In this document: in pieces, positions 60,220 through 64,000 of the stretch
Position numbering within the stretch: position 1 is the stretch's first letter
How the letters are laid out: the number at the start of each line of letters is the position of its first letter
Assembly (NCBI GenBank): GCA_964016885.1
Contig: OZ024741.1
Span: 410,626,001-410,690,000 of the forward strand
Direction of reading: 5' to 3'
Source: Eledone cirrhosa
Taxonomy: Eukaryota
Length of the DNA: 64,000 nt
Translations under genes and position numbers: made by a program
Notes under the pieces: generated by a model
Seen by the model: only the letters and a program-made list of their open reading frames with translations
Told to the model about the DNA's origin: nothing
Database searches by the model: none

Positions 60220-63200
60220 TGACAATACAGTGTATATACTATATCTGTAACAGTAGACTGTATATACTATATCTGTGACAGTAGAGTGTATATACTATAT
60301 CTATGACAGTAGAGTGTATATACTATATCTGTGACAGTAGACTGTATATACTATATCTGTGACAGTAGAGTGTATATACTATATCTGTGACAGTAGAGTG
60401 TATATACTATATCTGTGACAGTAGAGTGTATATACTATATCTGTGACAGTAGAGTGTATATACTATATATCTGTGACAGTAGAGTGTATATACTATATCT
60501 GTGACAGTAGAGTGTATATGCTATATCTGTGACAGTAGAGTGTATATACTATATCTGTGAGACAGTAGAGTGTATATACTATATCTGTGACAGTAGAGTG
60601 TATATACTATATATCTGAGACAGTAGAGTGTATATGCTATATCTGTGACAGTAGAGTGTATATACTATATCTGTGAGACAGTAGAGTGTATATACTATAT
60701 CTGTGACAGTAGAGTATATATACTATATCTGTGAAGGTAGCGTGTATATACTATATATCTGAGACAGTAGAGTGTATATACTATATATCTGTGACAGTAG
60801 AGTGTATATACTATATCTGTGACAGTAGAGTGTATATACTATATCTGTGACAGTAGAGTGTATATACTATATATCTGAGACATTAGAGTGTATATGCTAT
60901 ATCTGTGACAGTAGAGTGTATATACTATATCTGTGAGACGGTAGAGTGTATATACTATATCTGTGACAGTAGAGTATATATACTATATCTGTGACAGTAG
61001 AGTGTATATACTATATATCTGAGACAGTAGAGTGTATATACTATATATCTGTGACAGTAGAGTGTATATACTATATCTGTGACAGTAGAGTGTATATACT
61101 ATATCTGTGACAGTAGAGTGTATATACTATATATCTGAGACAGTAGAGTGTATATACTATATCTGTGACAGTAGAGTGTATATACTATATCTGTGACAGT
61201 AGAGTGTATATACTATATCTGTGACAGTAGAGCGTATATACTATATATCTGAGACAGTAGAGTGTATATACTATATCTGTGACAGTTGAGTGTATATACT
61301 ATATCTGTGACAGTAGAGTGTATATACTATATCTGTGACAGTAGAGTGTATATACTATATATCTGAGACAGTAGAGTGTATATACTATATATCTGAGACA
61401 GTAGAGTGTATATACTATATCTGTGACAGTAGAGTGTATATACTATATCTGTGACAGTAGAGTGTATATACTATATCTGTGAGACAGTAGAGTGTATATA
61501 CTATATCTGTGACAGTAGAGTGTATATACTATATATCTGAGACATTAGAGTGTATATGCTATATCTGTGACAGTAGAGTGTATATACTATATCTGTGAGA
61601 CGGTAGAGTGTATATACTATATCTGTGACAGTAGAGTATATATACTATATCTGTGACAGTAGAGTGTATATACTATATATCTGAGACAGTAGAGTGTATA
61701 TACTATATATCTGAGACAGTAGAGTGTATATACTATATCTGTGACAGTAGAGTGTATATACTATATCTGTGACAGTAGAGTGTATATACTATATATCTGA
61801 GACATTAGAGTGTATATGCTATATCTGTGACAGTAGAGTGTATATACTATATCTGTGAGACGGTAGAATGTATATACTATATCTGTGACAGTAGAGTATA
61901 TATACTATATCTGTGACAGTAGAGTGTATATACTATATATCTGAGACAGTAGAGTGTATATACTATATATCTGTGACAGTAGAGTGTATATACTATATCT
62001 GTGACAGTAGAGTGTATATACTATATCTGTGACAGTAGAGTGTATATACTATATCTGTGACAGTAGAGTGTATATACTATATCTGTGACAGTAGAGTGTA
62101 TATACTATATATCTGAGACAGTAGAGTGTATATACTATATCAGTGACAGTAGAGTGTATATACTATATCTGTGACAGTAGAGTGTATATACTATATCTGT
62201 GACAGTAGAGTGTATATACTATATATCTGAGACAGTAGAGTGTATATACTATATCTGTGACAGTTGAGTGTATATACTATATCTGTGACAGTAGAGTGTA
62301 TATACTATATCTGTGACAGTAGAGTGTATATACTATATATCTGAGACAGTAGAGTGTATATACTATATATCTGAGACAGTAGAGTGTATATACTATATCT
62401 GTGACAGTAGAGTGTATATACTATATCTGTGACAGTAGAGTGTATATACTATATCTGTGAGACAGTAGAGTGTATATACTATATCTGTGACAGTAGAGTG
62501 TATATACTATATCTGTGACAGTAGAGTGTATATACTATATATCTGTGACAGTAGAGTGTATATACTATATATCTGTGACAGTAGAGTGTATATACTATAT
62601 ATCTGAGACAGTAGAGTGTATATACTATATATCTGAGACAGTAGCGTGTATATACTATATCTGTGACAGTAGAGTGTATATACTATATATCTGAGACAGT
62701 AGAGTGTATATACTATATCTGTGACAGTAGAGTGTATATACTATATCTGTGACAGTAGAGTGTATATACTATATCTGTGACAGTAGAGTGTATATACTAT
62801 ATCTGTGACAGTAGAGTGTATATACTATATATCTGAGACAGTAGAGTGTATATACTATATCTGTGAGAGTAGAGTGTATATACTATATCTGTGACAGTAG
62901 AGTGTATATACTATATCTGTGACAGTAGAGTGTATATACTATATCTGTGACAGTAGAGTGTATATACTATATCTGTGAGACAGTAGAGTGTATATACTAT
63001 ATATCTGTGACAGTAGAGTGTATATACTATATCTGAGACAGTAGAGTGTATATACTATATCTGTGTGACAGTAGAGTGTATATACTATATCTGTGAGACA
63101 GTAGAGTGTATATACTATATATCTGTGTCAGTAGAGTGTATATACTATATCTGAGACAGTAGAGTGTATATACTATATCTGAGACAGTAGAGTGTATATA

Positions 63201-63860
63201 CTATATCTGTGAGACAGTAGAGTGTATATACTATATATCTGTGTCAGTAGAGTGTATATACTATATCTGAGACAGTAGAGTGTATATACTATATCTGAGA
63301 CAGTAGAGTGTATAAACTATATCTGAGACAGTAGAGTGTATATACTATATCTGTGACAGTAGAGTGTATATACTATATATCTGTGACAGTAGAGTGTATA
63401 TACTATATCTGTGAGACAGTAGAGTGTATATACTATATATCTGTGACAGTAGAGTGTATATACTATATCTGTCACAGTAGAGTGTATATACTATATATCT
63501 GTCACAGTAGAGTGTATATACTATATATCTGTGACAGTAGAGTGCATATACTATATCTGAGACAGTAGAGTGTATAAACTATATCTGAGACAGTAGAGTG
63601 TATATACTATATCTGTGACAGTAGAGTGTATATACTATATATCTGTGACAGTAGAGTGTATATACTATATCTGTGAGACAGTAGAGTGTATATACTATAT
63701 ATCTGTGACAGTAGAGTGTATATACTATATCTGTCACAGTAGAGTGTATATACTATATATCTGTCACAGTAGAGTGTATATACTATATATCTGTGACAGT
63801 AGAGTGTATATACTATATCTGTGAGACAGTAGAGTGTATATACTATATCTGTGACAGTAG
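60220..63860 (+). repeat. Duplicate of about 50870-54560 (offset 9300-9356)
   Basis: CAGTGACAG 52841/62141, GTAGCGTG 53341/62641 and ORF-track pairs 54053/63353 and 54315/63615 have offset 9300. GAAGGTAGCG near 51377/60733 has offset 9356. Confidence 0.88.
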
Positions 63861-64000
63861 AGTGTATATACTATATATCTGTGACAGTAGAGTGTATATA
63901 CTATATCTGTGACAGTAGAGTGTATATACTATATCTGTGACAGTAGAGTGTATATACTATATCTGTGACAGTAGAGTGTATATACTATATATCTGAGACA

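Larger units (their letters stand above)
1..64000. repeat. Tandem satellite array, 28-bp consensus ACTATATCTGTGACAGTAGAGTGTATAT, single orientation, running off both window ends
   Basis: Positions 1-28 recur at 29-56 and throughout to 64000. Common length variants are +TA (TATATATCTG), +GA (TGTGAGACAG) and +GT (TGTGTGACAG), each giving 30 bp. A common substitution is CTGTGAC>CTGAGAC. I saw no non-repeat interruption or inversion. Confidence 0.99.
22231..64000. repeat. Right sub-domain of the array (variant set B)
   Basis: Carries GAAGGTAGCG, the 38-bp GAGACTCTGTGAC monomer, CAATACAG, GACATTAGAG, GAGAGAGTAG, GTGCATAT and TATAAACT. I did not see these left of 22.2 kb. Confidence 0.75.

Noticed and set aside
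22156-63824. Ten short + strand ORFs (TVECIYYIS / CDSRVYILY repeats)
   Set aside because: They are translations of the satellite that start at GTG within the monomer. They arise only where runs of 30-bp monomers delay the TGA/TAG stops, and they recur because of array duplications. There is no sign of coding constraint.
1-64000. CRISPR array (28-30 bp partly palindromic repeat)
   Set aside because: Repeats abut directly with no unique spacers, and there is no leader or cas gene in the window.
1-64000. TATA-box-like TATATA motifs as promoters
   Set aside because: They are part of every monomer, with no downstream gene or other promoter context.
1-64000. Telomerase-type telomeric repeat (some yeasts have long units)
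   Set aside because: There are no G-runs. The 64-kb length and kb-scale duplications of variant order indicate recombinational amplification rather than templated addition.
1-64000. Variant order as an encoded message or a programmed diversity system
   Set aside because: The order is adequately explained by nested duplication plus slippage. No recombinase, reverse transcriptase or template/variable pair is present.
1-64000. Embedded transposon, inversion or unique island
   Set aside because: None seen on reading through. CTGTCACAG variants are single-base changes in forward-oriented monomers, not inverted segments.

Overview
The entire 64,000-bp window is one uninterrupted, head-to-tail satellite array. 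Its 28-bp consensus monomer is ACTATATCTGTGACAGTAGAGTGTATAT (9/28 G+C, no CpG, no doubled base), and there are roughly 2,200 copies by my estimate from length. I saw no unique sequence, gene, RNA gene, transposon or CRISPR spacer, and the listed ORFs are translations of the repeat. I found no evidence of an undescribed gene-based system. The information lies in the order of variant monomers: 26, 28, 30 and 38 bp forms, one 29 bp form, and point variants. Reading those by eye shows nested duplications with offsets of about 0.26, 0.4, 1.0, 1.8, 2.1, 2.26, 2.6, 5.0, 9.3, 11.7 and 23.7 kb. It also shows two sub-domains with different diagnostic variants meeting near 22.2 kb, where the only odd-length indel I found lies. 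The monomer is quasi-palindromic, and several recurrent variants move it toward its own reverse complement. A eukaryotic heterochromatic origin is likely but is inference; the organism cannot be identified here. Duplication boundaries are approximate.
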